In this document: piece by piece, positions 39,405-52,451 of the stretch | Layout: every line of letters starts with the position of its first letter | How positions within the stretch are numbered: the first letter of the stretch is position 1 | Assembly: GCA_001179505.1 (NCBI GenBank) | Contig: CDMY01000206.1 | Coordinates: 1-64,000, forward strand | From: Vitrella brassicaformis CCMP3155 | Taxonomy: Eukaryota > Protista > Chromerida | Direction: 5' to 3' | DNA length: 64,000 bases | Program-made: the position numbers and the translations under genes | The notes under the pieces: generated by a model | Seen by the model: the letters and a program-made list of their open reading frames with translations, nothing else | Told to the model about the DNA's origin: nothing | The model's database searches: none

Positions 39405-39428
39405 GAAGCACGCTGGTCTCGGTTCGCC

Positions 39429-41459
39429 TCAACGAGAACGTGGTGCATATGTTTCTATATCCGTGTATACCTTGAAGCCGCCTTTGCTGGCGGGAAAGGG
39501 GTTGGGGAACCTCGACAGCTCCAGTGAAGATGCATCAATCGCCTCAAACTCCACCTCGCGCACGAACCGATCCAGCAACATCTGTACCGCACAGATGCCA
39601 GAGGTGCCGTCATGGATCCGCAGATTTCGCATTCTCTCTCCTTCACCTTCATTTCGAGCCTGGCCAGTTCAGCTCCGGGGCACACCCTCTTGCCCCCACC
39701 GAACGGCACCGGGGAACCACCGTTGATCTGCCCCTGCAGATGGCGGTAGGGGTCGAAGAATGATGGGTCGCTGAACACGCTCCCGTCCTGATTGGTGGCG
39801 AACAGGTTGTAGTCCACTTGCCACCCCTTTGGGACGAGGTAGCCACCGATTTCGAGGTCCTCCTCAGCCATTCGTGAGAGCTGCACGACGATTGGCTCCC
39901 ACCGGAGAGTCTCGGTGATAACCGCATCCAGAAAGGGAAGCTTTCGCAACTCTGGCCAGGGAATACGGGAACGGCCCTGCATGCAAGACGCCACGCCACG
40001 ACACAGCACATTCCCTGTCTGTCTGTGGGAGGGTGTCGTGTTGGCTGTTGGTTGGTTGGTTGGTTGGTTGGTTGGTTGACCTGAGCAGCGTCATCGAGCT
40101 CTTTCCTGAGGTCTTTCAGCACCTGGGGATTGCTGGCGAGGGCAACGAGCATAACACCGAGAGTGCTGGAGCTGGTGTCATGGCCCGCGAAGAGGGTCAG
40201 CAGGACGTTGTCAGCGATGGCCTGGTCGCTCATCTGAAACACGTCAGCGTCCTTCCCCGCGTCGGCACTCTCGGCGTCGACCACCTCGCCGTCACTGGTC
40301 ATGCGGGCAGAAAGCAGATAATCGACAACGTCCTTGCGGGACGCTGCACGCTCAGCGGGTGACATGGCCCGCTTTGCCTGCACCAACACACACACACACA
40401 CACACACAAAGGGTATGAGTGCTCCGTGTTCCTGCCGTGGGTGTGGTGCTCACGTCAACAACGCTCGCGGCGAACTGCATGATGTCGTCTTTGGCCTCCA
40501 GGGCCTTGTCGTAAATATTGAACGGCGCGACCCATCCTTTTGTCCACGGCGCAGCGAGCCCCTTGACCCAGGCCATGAAGCTCTCCGATAGTTGCTGCAG
40601 CTTGTCGTCACTGATGGAGGCCTGCCCGCACAAGACCTTCCATGCCACCTCGAGAGTGTACAGCTTCATGTCGCTGCTCAGGTCCAGCTGACGACCCTCA
40701 CGCGCCGCGGCGACCCAGCGGTCCACGTATTTGTCAACAATGTCCTGCACACAATCCATTCACAAGAGATCTTCTTCCTGTGTCTGTGTGTCTGACACTG
40801 TCTGACGCCTGCGACCAACCTCGACAGTGGGCACGTATGACATGAGGGCAGCCTGTGTGAAGGCTGACATGTACAGCCGACGCATCCGGGCATGGTCCTC
40901 ACCCTCGATACTGAAACAACCAGACCAACCAACGGGTGACGCTCGTGCAGTGTCGATGAGTCCGTCCTTTCTTCCACGCTCACGCGTTGAGGTTCTCCTT
41001 GCCCATGAGCTGCTGAATGACAGGAGGCGAGACCTGTACGAGCTTCCCCTCCTTCTCGTATGCCCAGCACTGCTTGAGGTTCTCCACCCCAGACACCATG
41101 GCGACGTCGCTGCCGATGAAGGGCAGCATCCGATAAACATCCCCATACTGTTCCATCGCCCTGAAGAACTCGCGCGGCGCCAAGAGAATCGATAGGATGT
41201 TCCAGAACCGCTGAAGAGTATCAAACGGGGGCGTGGTTATTTGGAACGGGCCGGGAGGGAGCTGTAGCTGTGCCGAGGGGACGCCTTCTGTGTTCGGCGT
41301 CAGCAAGCGCTCCCTGGTGGCAGTGGGTAGCTCCTGTTGCACCATGCATGGCTGACGGAGAGAGCGGTGGCGATATCTGTGGCATCTGAGGGGGTGTCTT
41401 GGCCTGAATGAGATGACCACCGAGGGAAGCAGGGCGAGGGGAAGGAGCAACAGCTTCAT
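39429..41459 (-). CDS. Cytochrome P450 (CYP120/CYP26/CYP85-clan-like by motifs) with signal plus transit-like leader
   Basis: I-helix LFAGHDTS, K-helix ETLR, FDPYRH, heme motif PFGGGKRVCPG, proline hinge LPPGP. N-terminus MKLLLLPLALLPSVVIS-FRPRH... Confidence 0.93.
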
Positions 41460-41732
41460 CACGTAGAGGTGATGAGTGCTCGGGAGGCTCCCAAAATGCT
41501 GCGGACAAGGAGCGGGATCTGCCAGTGCGCGCTTAGCTTCGGGGCGCTTTCTCCTCCGGGTTTCATACCCTGCAACCCTACAATTATCGGCTCGTCGCTT
41601 TCGCTGAGTCCTCCTCGCTTGCGTGAGACGCCTGCAGACCGCATCTGCACTGGCTGGAGTCGTTGCTCCTGAATGGGCCCGTTCTTTCCAGGGTATAAGT
41701 ACATGTACTGTAACACAAACTCACATCATACC

Positions 41733-44635
41733 ATGCATACGCAGACGAGGCTGCTTTCAAATGGCGATGCATACCTCCGTGTGCCTGCCTCTGCCCTTCA
41801 TCTGTCCAGGGCTTCATCTGCACTGATTCGGTGGGGTTTTGCTGTCCATCGGCCCTCTCCTCTCCATGGGCTCTTCCGTGCTACCTCCACTTTTTACCAG
41901 AACCCAAGACGCTCACGGCCTGCTGTGTTGACCGACCGAGATGGCAAACATGAGCACATCCAGGCCCTTCGCAGGTGGCTGTTGCTGTCACGGCCGACCC
42001 ACAAAGGGCCATGTCGGACTCAGTGACTCTCTCTCTCTCTCTCTGTTTCTGTATGTGTGTGTTGTCCAGCCGCGAAATGTCGACATTGAGAGACACGGCG
42101 GACACAGCGGACAAGGATCCGATGGAGGACAGCTGCTATGACCCAAGAGAGGAAGTACTGGCTGAGATCGAGACACACCAGGAGGCCGAAGCCGTGCCCG
42201 ACACACCGGAGGACACTGCGCCAGCTGAGCAGCACGAAAGGTCGTGTGTCGGGGAGGACACGAGAGACCTGACACCTGAAGATATGGTGGGGGAGGGAGA
42301 GCGATGCACTCACAGTGTGTGCTTGCTTCGTCTGTGTGCTGATTGATCGTGGAGTCTTCGTTCAGGTTCGTTGCTTGGACGGTGCTATAATCGGCCAGAC
42401 TGACGCCAAGCGGGCAGTGGCCAACGCAATACGCAACCGCTGGCGTCGCCAGCGCTTGACCGATGCATACATGCGTGACGAGATAATGCCCAGAAACATC
42501 CTTATGATCGGTCCAACAGGATGCGGAAAGACAGAGGTACTCGCCCACGGTCACAGACAGTACAGAGACACCATTCGCGCTGTGCTCTTCCCAGATCGCC
42601 CGTCGGTTGTCTAAGATTATTGACGCCCCATTCATCAAAGGGGAGGTAACCAAGTTCACTGAAGTGGGTTTTCACGGCAGAGATGTGGACTCGATCATCA
42701 AGTAGGGACAAGCAGCCAGACAAGGAGGCAGCTGGCGTCATTTGACCGGTGCCGTGTCTGTGTCTCTGTCTGGTTAGGGATTTGGTGCAACTGGAGGTGA
42801 AGAGACAGCAAGCCAAGCTGACCGAATCAATCAGACAACAGGCAAGAGATCCGGCCTTCGCCGCATGACACGTGCATCCATCCGCTCTTGTGCCGTGTGC
42901 AGGCGAGCGAGCAATCATGTGTCGCGATTGCCAATGCAATCGCGCTCAGAGGGCCGGTAGGAGAGACAGGGACAGGACTTGCATCGTCATATGTTGTCTG
43001 CGTGCCTTTGTCCATCCATCAGTACCAGAATGTTGATGAGGACACCTTGCAGGATTTTGTCGATCTAGTCAGACGGGGCGACTGGGACGATCACGAAGTG
43101 ACCGTCGAGCTCACCACCAACCCATGGCTTTCATCCGGACCCTCACAGCATCGCACGTCAACCACCGGCGCAGCGCAAGTGGCCACAGCCGACGACAAAC
43201 CACCCTCAACCACAGCCGCCCGGGGAAAGAGGGGGGCGGCCTCGGGTGACGGGTCGAGTGCGAAGGGAGCCGAGGAAAGAGAAGGCAAGAAGAAGCACTC
43301 AAAAGCCGGGAATGGACATGAGAATGAAGCAACAGGTATGGGAACAAGGACAAAAGGCGTGAGCGCTTCTTTGCTTCATCCTGGTGTCTGTCCACACAGG
43401 CGTCCGCGGGTCTCGGTCTTCCGAGTCTCTTCACACACTGAGAGTCAAGGACGCTAGAGCCAAGTTGACCAAGATGGAGGTCGAGAGACAGCTCAGCTTG
43501 CAACAGGCAAGACAGACAGCTCGATATAGGTCAATATCATCCGCAAGGCATCTGCATTGCACATCCATGGAATCAGGACACGGTGTGTGAGAAGGCTGTC
43601 AAGGCAGTGGAGGATGAGGGCATCGTCTTCCTCGATGAGATAGACAAGATCTGCTCCAAAGCGGTGCGCGCGATGAATGCCCACCGGGAAGTCTTGTCAT
43701 GTTTGCATCACATCCTTGCTCGTTTCAGTCTGACTACAAGGGCCCTGACGCATCTGCCGAGGGCGTGCAGCGCGACTTGTTGCCTCTGCTCGAAGGCACA
43801 ACCATCTCAACGCAATACGGTGAGTGCCTTGTCTACAGGCGTCTCTCTGGGTGCGGAAGAGACACGACCATGCATGCGCCTGTATACCTTTTGTGCTCTT
43901 TCAGGCAACGTCAAGACTGACTACATCCTGTTCATTGCAGCTGGTAAGGCAGCAATGCATGGCGGTTTCCTTTATGTCCGTTACGGCGTGTCCTGTCTTG
44001 TGTCTCACCAGGCGCCTTTTTGAGCGTCAAGCCGTCGGATCTGCTGGCCGAGATGCAGGGGAGACTCCCTGTGCGGGTGCAGCTCACTCCCCTCAACCAA
44101 GAGGACTTCCAGCGCATCCTCACTGAGCCAGACGCCAACCTGCTCAAACAGCAACAAGGTGACAGGCGCTGTGAGGCAACACACATACAAATACAAATTC
44201 GACAATGGATACAATGCACGCAATCCATTGTGTTCGCAGCCTTGCTAGCGACAGAGGGCATTCATGTGGAGTTCCAGGATGGTGCAGTGCACGAGATCGC
44301 CAGAGGTGGGCAGCAACTTAGGCGCATTCATGTTCGTATCCGATTGAACGATCACTGCAGTTGCGACGGAGATGAATTATCACGTGGAGAACATCGGCGC
44401 CCGTCGGCTGTACACCATCATCGAGAAGCTGATGGAAGACATCTCATACAAGGCGCCAAGCATGCCCAAGGACAGCAAGTGCGCACCGACATGGTCACGC
44501 AGCTGTGCGTACACGAATTCATCTCGTGGGACATGCGTGTGTGTGTGTCGCAGGCTGATAGTTGACGCATGTCGAGTGCGGTCGTCTGTTGTTGACTTTT
44601 TGCAGCGGACAGACCTGCATAAATACATTCTCTGA
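41733..44635 (+). CDS. hslU: ATP-dependent protease ATPase subunit HslU/ClpY, probably mitochondrial
   Basis: [100 protein letters not shown]. Start codon is inferred. Confidence 0.94.
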
Positions 44636-45098
44636 CCTGTCAGGCACACATGCTCGTGCATGTGGTCCTACCTGTTCTTGTCTCTCTTTTGTACATGTTG
44701 TGTGATGAGATTTTGTCCCGGTGTCGGCTAAGGATTTGACAGTGCAAAATGCCTCGAACCCCTTCATCTAATTCCACGAAATCCAGCGAGTAAGCGGCAG
44801 TCTGATTGGTTAGCATTTTGTGTGCACGACCGTCTCAACAAGTGCTCCGAGGTGGCCACCCCAGGACATAACGTACAGTACCACAACGCGACTGAAACAC
44901 TGTGTCAGAGTCAGCCACATGGGTCATCCGCAGGCCACTCATCGCCTAGCGGCTGCTGAAGGCTGAATGAGTGACCTGCATTGTTCGACAAACCAATCAA
45001 CGAATCAATCATTCATCTCATCATTGTAAAGAGGTTCAGAAGTGAAGCATTCATTGAGACCGACAGACTCTGCCTGCCGTTGCGCTATGAGTTAAGGT

Positions 45099-46078
45099 AT
45101 GTCAGATTCACTAGTACTCATCCATTCACTCATGGTCATTCTCAGTCTGTGTCCTGATGCTACTGCGGCTGCTTTATTCTTGCTTATCGTCATAACTGAC
45201 GTCGATGTGGTCCCATCTGCAGTGATCAATCGGCTGGCCCATGATTGGAAAGCCACGCCACTTAGGATCGCGAACTCAAGAATCAGCATCGCATACCGAT
45301 GGACTGATAGCGTGTTGTACAGCGAATTAGCACTCACTGAGTCGGCGTGAGTGCGCCGGACCCCTCGATAGAAGCCTCGACTGACACAGAGGCCATCGCT
45401 CACCATCTTCCATCGGCGAATCTTGTTGGTAGGCAGCACGTGGATGACGAGAGAGATGCCGAGAGATGCACCTCTGTGCCCTTCTTGTCAGCCGTGTTTG
45501 AGTGTAGCCATGGGAGCGGCAGCTTCGTCGTCATCTGCCTCTCGCCCTCGGGCAGAGGTGAGTCAAGGCACGGTACACGCAGATGCAATCATCATGTGCC
45601 ATTGTGAATGATTCATTCATTTGTTCTTCCGTTTGTTTGTTCGTTCCATTGGTCAGGTGATGGAACACTTTGCAGGTAGTCGTTATCGGAAGGGCACGCG
45701 TGTTGTGCTGATGTCGAGCACCAAGAGGGCTCCGACCGATGACTTCGTGTGGGTCAAGGCCGAGGTGGTCAGTATCGTCCCACACGTCTTCTACGTGAGG
45801 GAGGGCACTCTGCAGGAGGGGATGGAACTTCACATGAGGGAGGTCGGCGGCAGGGGTGAGCAGTTTGAGCAAGTGGTGCCTTACCAGACCAACACGACCA
45901 CAAACTCGACCCCACAGCCACCCAAGGTAGGCAAACACACCTCGTCAGAAAGGTCCCTGGATGTCCTGCTGAATCACTGTCGTTAATGCTTTGGCGCGTT
46001 ATGTGTTTGTGTGCAGGTGTGGGATGTCAGCACGCCGGTACATAGAGCCATATACAACACACGAACGATGTTAGTTAG
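45099..46078 (+). CDS. Hypothetical exon cluster, possibly the 5' part of the downstream F-box-like gene
   Basis: Coding-like exons (DVVPSAVINRLAHDW..., VMEHFAGSRYRKGTRVVLM...VWVKAEVVSIVPH) bounded by GT-AG. No family recognised. Confidence 0.35.
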
Positions 46079-46127
46079 CCGCTCTCATGCCGCCTTGTTT
46101 CCCTTGGTCGCTTCTCTGTTCCTGTAG

Positions 46128-48993
46128 GCCCCTGCAGGCTTTTGTGATGACCTTCTGCCGTCGCTGTTTAGTTTCTTGACCCCTCGCGAGCTCTCAGGCC
46201 TCTTCCCGACCCCTCACAGCACAGGCCCTGAAGCCACCACGATCCCCCAAAAGTCTCGCCGACAGAAGCAGACAAGCAGCAAACCTGGCTGGCAGGCAGG
46301 CATATGGATAACAAGGAAGGCTTTGGATGCCAAGAGCGATGCACTCATCTCTTCTCTTCCTTCCCCTGCGATGCTCTTGTCAGCCGTATTTCATCCATTG
46401 GCGCCTACACCACCACTCACCCACCCCTCTCGTCCATGGCGTCGTCTGCCGCCCTGCCGTCGACCACCGCCGGTCCGCTCCCTGTGGGCGCCACCTTCGG
46501 ATCGATCACTGGCGGCATCCGAGGAGGGAGGACGTCTCGCCATCAGTGGCGCCCGAAGGCCACAGTTGGCGGCTCAAGTCAGGACACCAGCGCCACCGTC
46601 ACGACCACCACACAGCAGCAACAGCAGCAGCCACAGCCACAGCCACAGCCACAGCCACAGCCACAGCCACAGGCCCAGCAGCAGCAGCAGCAGCAGGGCA
46701 GAGGCGGCGGCGGCGCCAAGGGACGGACAATCACTATCTGGTCGGCAAAACCGAAGGCTGGAGCGGGCGCACCTGCTGCAGCTGCTGCGGGTAGTAGCGG
46801 CTCATTCTCGGTCGGCAAGGCACCTACAAGGGGAGGTGGAGGCCTGTTCGGTGCTGGTCTATCGTCGGGCAGCGCGTTCGGCGGCACCGCCACTGCTACA
46901 GCGACGGGTGGCGCCGGTGAGTGACATCATGGGGCAACACACATGGATGGATGGATGGATGGATCGGTCAATCGCATGATGGCTGCATGCGTGTGTGGAC
47001 GATCAGGTGTGGCGGCCTCATCTCTCTTCAGTCGAGAGCAGTCGTCGACTGGCGAGAGCATGTTTGGCGGTGCGACCTTCAAGCAGCAATCAACGGGTGT
47101 TGCCGCACGGCAGCCCGACATCGACACGGCATCCCTTCACCATCGCTGCCTTCACCAGCAGACACACATCGCCATCGACGCTTCCACCGATGAGGACCGC
47201 CAATTCTGGCAGAGCATGACGCCTAAGGAGGCCTTCCAGCTCGGCAGACGGCTCGTCCACCTGACGGTCCTCACCCTCGTGCAGCCACACAGGGACCAGT
47301 CATGGTGTCTAGACACCATGATAAGCGTCGTGGAGGGCCATGCAGCCGGGCGTGGCGAGGCGTGCGAGAAGGAGGTCCAGCAGCACATGGCGGAGGGCAG
47401 TCTCGAGACCATCCAATTCACCACCACCGCCACCAGCACCAGCAGTATGATACACCGGCGTCCCTCTCGCCTCCCTCAGCTCACCTCACGCCCGACCCTC
47501 CCCTCCCTCAAGAGCGTCATCGGGGCCGTCAAACAGCACAGTGTACTGGCCTACAGGGGATGGCGCATGCCGGCGCTCGAGAGTGTGGATGAGAGGGGAT
47601 GGGATGAGGTGGCATGGGATCCCGACAAGCTCGGCCGATTCATCAGCTCGTCTTCATCGCTGAAAGAACTGGGGGGACGCCGGCGATGGGAGAAGTGGGC
47701 GGCTGTGTTTAAGTGGGTACCCGAGGCACCTCCTGGGCAGCCGGGGCCCCTTAGACAACTGAAGCGCATCGTATGGATCAGCTATGACCATCATCGGGAA
47801 TCACTGGGACAGTGCCAGATATGGGTGGAGCGGCTTCAGGTAACTATCATGGAGAGGGAGTGCGTCTGTGTGCACACGAATGGTGTCCTTCTCTCCCTGT
47901 ACTTAGGATTTGCTCACGTCGCGCGGCTGCCACGAGTTACTGACGCGGCTCGACGTGCAGATCCCACCATTTGAGGACCGCCACGACCTTGCCACCCTCC
48001 TGACGGTTGACGGCTTCATCAACAAATGCTGCGTGTCGCCGAAGGTGCCGCTCAGCGTGGAGGTCCCTGTGCATCGGGCCGGATTCAACTTGGCCCTCTT
48101 GTATCGAGACGACTTACCCTCTCGCCCCTCTCCCTTCATCAAAACGGCCATCCAGCAGGCGGCACGGCGGGCGATCAGGGTGGGATACACCTTCAGCCAG
48201 CATGACCTCACCCACCCCATCGCCAGCCCCAGTCAGGCGGCCATCGACATCGCAAAGAGCATCACATTCGACAAGGCGGATTCTGTGCAGGTCGACACAG
48301 CCGATGACTTCGACCTTCAGCCCGGCGCCCCCTCACTCGCCCCCGCCATCATCAACGACCTGCAGCCATTCCCAAGGGCCAGACAGCTGACTGTCTCTAG
48401 CGCTGCGACCATTACTTCGGTTGGCGCAGAAGATGCTCAGGGAGGTGGAGACCGTGTATTTTCTCCCTGGTGTGAGCGGAGCGGACAGACGCGGCGGGCT
48501 GGCAGCATTGAGGAATGCATTGGGGGGAGAGGTGAATGTCGGTGTGGGTGTATCGGCTGGGTGGGGTGCTGTTTCGGCTGGGTGGGGTGGGGTCAGTCCC
48601 ACGCAAGGCGGCCCCTTTGACGGGTGGGGATCGGAGGGCATGTCGATTCGCCACATACGGATAGACATGGACGGTAGGAAGGTGCTCGTCGGTTCATCAT
48701 CTCGTGTGTGCATTCGCCTTTTGTCTGGGTGCCGTCACTCAGTTCCCGGGGTCTGGGAGGAGGAGGATGCTGCCGCCGACATCGTCCGCAGCCTGTCGAC
48801 TCTGCTCAGCGTTGGCGTGCAAGACCTGGAGTGTGTGCGCGTGCGGCTGTCGGTGCCGGTGCTAGTGCCTAGCGCTTTTAGCGCTGCCCTTGGGCGGCTG
48901 TTCTTCAACTGCCGGAGAGTGGGCGACTTCGCCATCGGAGCATATGATGAAGGAGGGGACAAGGTGGTAGAGGCACATCGTGTTGACCACTGA
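46128..48993 (+). CDS. F-box-like / degenerate LRR-like protein of a probably lineage-expanded family
   Basis: FCDDLLPSLFSFLTPRELS (F-box-like), a Q/P and Gly/Ala low-complexity block, then HIAIDAS...FW, LETIQF, PTLPSLKSVIG, RGWRMPALESV, FISSSSSLKEL. Confidence 0.55.
46619..46693 (+). repeat. Coding (CAGCCA)n/(CAG)n repeat giving a QQQQQ(PQ)n QQQQQQ tract
   Basis: Read directly within ORF 46304-46924. Confidence 0.85.
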
Positions 48994-49635
48994 GAGGGTG
49001 AGAGACTCAGACAGACAGACACTGTCTTGGTCTTCACTTTGTCTACGCATGCACACGCGTTGTGTGTCTGCATGTGTGTGTCAGGCGGTCCGTCAAGCCA
49101 CCGTAGTCACAGCTGCCGCATGACCGGCCACCTGATTAGATACATGTGCAGACAAATACTCTCTTGATGCCGGATGGATGGATGTCTGGTTGGGTGGCTG
49201 TGTGTGTGTGAATTCACGTGTGCATCCAGACCCTGTTTGTGCGTGCAGCCGTCCGTTCAATACCAATACCAGCCTGGCCGGTCAAAGCTGTCAAAGGGTG
49301 TCATTCACACCAGAGAGTTTGCACTAGTGGTGGAGGGGCTCAGTCTCATCCACACGTTGGTTTGTGCAATGAAGGCACGAAGGCTGCAGCTGTCGACCAG
49401 CTTTCGCAGCCCACACGTCAACAGAACACAATACCGTTGAACCAAGACAACACGCACCAGTCATAGTGCATCAGAGGTCTCATGATAAACACACGCACAA
49501 CATGCTGGTCTAAGACACTAAACACCAGCCCTGCCGATCCCCCACGAAGTCTACTCAGAAGCGAATTGCCCCGTCTATCTATCAATCCGCCCCAGCTGGC
49601 GCAGTAAGAGTGGGCTGCACCACTGTACGGCCCTC

Positions 49636-51372
49636 TCACTCGATGCCCAGCGACACAAACAGTCCGGTCCTCGACAGACGCCCCAGCTGGCCCCACTCGA
49701 ATTGGCAGTCCTGGTCGCCCAGGTGCTCGTTGAAGTCCTTGACCACCCCCGCTACGCCATGACTGATTGCCTCGTCCAGCCGGGCCCGATGCACCACCTC
49801 ACGGACACCCGTCATGCCCACCACACGGCCGCCACTGCCCCGGAGGGCGAAGCACTGCAGCGGCAACACGGTCACCTTGACGCGCTTGTCGCCCTGCCGC
49901 TCGTATCTCGTCCCGCCCACCACATCCCTGTTGCTGCTCGTCTGTGTGGCCGTCGACTTGACGAAATGGCCGACGGCCGCCTTGACGCGACGTCTGAGCC
50001 GCGTGTCGAAGATGAGGTACTCGTCGATGGCCGCCCCGGCAGCGGAGGGCTCGTGGAGGAAGGCGGCGATCTTCCATGCGATGCCCTCGGCCTCGTGAGG
50101 TCCGAATGCCATGTTGGATGGGGAGGGGTGGGGGTGGGCGCCGTCGTGGTGGGGGGCGAGGGGCAGCAGACGGGCGAGAAGCGTCGAGTGGTCGCGCTGG
50201 GGGGCCAGAGCGGCGTTGATGGCCGACATGGTCACATCGGACAGCTCGTTGAGCACCGTGGCGTACTCGGCCAGCACCAGCTGGCGACAACGGCGCTGCT
50301 CCTCTGTGACCGTGGGCAGGCGGGTGACGGATGGGGTCGCCCCTCCCCGCAGCAGCACACGGATGACGGTCTTGTACTTGCGGATCCGCCTTGAGTGCCC
50401 CTCGCCCAGCGCTTCTCCATGTTGCTGCAGCTGGATGTAGTGGTCGAGCCGGTCGGCAGCCTCTGCGAGTGGTGTGAAGTGAGGAAGTCCTCCGTTGATG
50501 TCGTCCGCTGTGAGTCGGCGGCACAGGCAGTCTGCCACACAGGGAGAGCCATGCAATGCCGCCCAGTGCAGTGGCGTTCGGCCCATGTTGTTTGTTGCCG
50601 TCGTGTCGGCGCCGTGGCTGGTAATGAGGGTGAGGTACTGGTCGATAAATAGCTGGGAGAAGATGCGACGGCTCCTGACTGCCAAATGGACTAGATTCAC
50701 TCCATCAGCGGCGGCCCGTTCGGCTGCGAGTGTGCTGTCGTGTTGGAGGAGCCGACGGAAGATTGACAGGAGATTCTCCTCGTACTCCGGAGAGAGATTC
50801 TCCTCGTACTCACGAGAAAGGGAAAGAGGGAAAGGTCTGGAAAGCTGAAGTCGTGGAAGCTGCATCACCCTAAAGCCCCGCACGTTGGCCTGACGCGCCA
50901 GGAGGCCCTCCACCGCTGTCAGATTGCCCGCACGAACGGCCGCCATGATGGGCATGTCCGCCCCGCCGTCGATGAGTGCATTGAGGATGTCACGCTGCAG
51001 CTGTCGGGAGGACCAGGGCGGAAGGACGACGGGCACGTGGGAGTCATTAGTGCCGCTCGCAGAGGGGGATGGTGTGTTTGTTGGGCTGTCGATGGCAAGA
51101 GACAGGCAGCTGTATCGCCATCGATAAGGGGCTCTTCCTGAGGTGCCGCGGACACGAAGGCCGCCGATGGCTCCCGGGTCAGCTCCTTGCCGTATCAGCT
51201 GTGTGAGTCGGTCGCCGTGAGTGAAGGTGCGGCGGATGCAGCCCTCCAGCAGCTGCCGACTCAGAGGACTGACGCCCTCATCGGGGACAATGTCGACGTC
51301 GTCCACCCCCTTGCAGCCGGGCGGCACAGCAGCAGGAGGTGCTTGCGATGCGGCAGAGGACGGTTGGGCCAT
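49636..51372 (-). CDS. Intronless ankyrin-repeat protein with uncharacterised N- and C-terminal domains
   Basis: Single ORF of ~578 codons from MAQPSSAASQ; ankyrin-like segments LIDGGAD-PIMAAVRAGN, NLVHLAV, GRTPLHWAALHGSP, TPLAEAAD, VLLRGGA. Confidence 0.82.
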   Translation of the reverse strand: MAQPSSAASQAPPAAVPPGCKGVDDVDIVPDEGVSPLSRQLLEGCIRRTFTHGDRLTQLIRQGADPGAIGGLRVRGTSGRAPYRWRYSCLSLAIDSPTNTPSPSASGTNDSHVPVVLPPWSSRQLQRDILNALIDGGADMPIMAAVRAGNLTAVEGLLARQANVRGFRVMQLPRLQLSRPFPLSLSREYEENLSPEYEENLLSIFRRLLQHDSTLAAERAAADGVNLVHLAVRSRRIFSQLFIDQYLTLITSHGADTTATNNMGRTPLHWAALHGSPCVADCLCRRLTADDINGGLPHFTPLAEAADRLDHYIQLQQHGEALGEGHSRRIRKYKTVIRVLLRGGATPSVTRLPTVTEEQRRCRQLVLAEYATVLNELSDVTMSAINAALAPQRDHSTLLARLLPLAPHHDGAHPHPSPSNMAFGPHEAEGIAWKIAAFLHEPSAAGAAIDEYLIFDTRLRRRVKAAVGHFVKSTATQTSSNRDVVGGTRYERQGDKRVKVTVLPLQCFALRGSGGRVVGMTGVREVVHRARLDEAISHGVAGVVKDFNEHLGDQDCQFEWGQLGRLSRTGLFVSLGIE

Positions 51373-51858
51373 CACGCTGCAGCCATGCACAAACCACAAA
51401 CACGTACGCACACTCACTTGCAATCCCTTTTCCTTGCAACATTGCTGGCGCACCTGGTCGGTCACAGCGAAGCCCATCCATCAACGACACCTACCTGCGG
51501 TGACAACACAGAGAGATCATCGATCATACCAACCACTCATTCATTCTCATGCATACATCACAGTCAGTGAGTCGGACTCCGAAACAAACGCTGCTTCTCC
51601 ATCTGCAGGGAGGTCAAGGAGGCGGGATCTTTTTTCATTGCCAGAGCAATATTCGCTGCTGGGTCCGTTTTGCGCGAAAGCATCGGGTCTGCTGAAAGCA
51701 TAGGGTCGCTGAACGTCCCAGATCCTGGAGCCGTGGTGTCGCGCTCCTGCCTGTTCACGCAAGTATAATCGAACCACTCTTCTTGCGAGATCAGCGGCGT
51801 TGTCCTTCGACCTGAAGCAGTGAAGCAGTCGTGCGTTCACATGTATTTCTCCCGTGGA

Positions 51859-52419
51859 ATGCCTTCCCATCTCCTGCGACGGCATGTTCTTCTCGTGGCG
51901 ACCTTCGTCCTCATCGCGCCAGGTGTGTTGTGTGTTGTGTGTCTGTGTGGCACGACTCACACACGCACATGAGCCACGCTGCGGCGGGGGCACGTAGATC
52001 TATCTCATCACACGTTGATTGACTCTCTGTTGGTTGCTGTTTGTTTCTTGATTCAGTTGTAGCACCTCCGGGTGGTCCGCGCGGAGGAGGGGGGCCACGA
52101 GGAGGTCCTCGTGGTCCTCGCGGCCCTCCTCGCGGCTTTCGCGGCGGGGGATACAGAGGGGTATGAAGGACGGGGCACGCCACACAAATGAGTACTTTTG
52201 CCGATGTGTGTGTATGTGGTCCTGCAGGGAGGGGGGCCTCGTGTGCCAATCCAGTCGCGTCCATCGTCCCCCTCTCGTCCGGTGCAGCCAACACGCCCGG
52301 CTTCACCGCGGCCACAGCAACCAGCACCCCGGCCTCAGCCTCAGCCGACTCGCCCGTCGGGACAGATCAACCCGGACATCGCCAACCGAGCGGGGGAAGT
52401 GGCCAGGTCAGTGGCTGAC

Positions 52420-52451
<32 letters not shown>

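Noticed and set aside
41733-44635. Bacterial-type HslU in a eukaryote as a possible recent HGT or contamination
   Set aside because: Mitochondrial HslUV is established in apicomplexans and other protists, and the gene has host-style introns.
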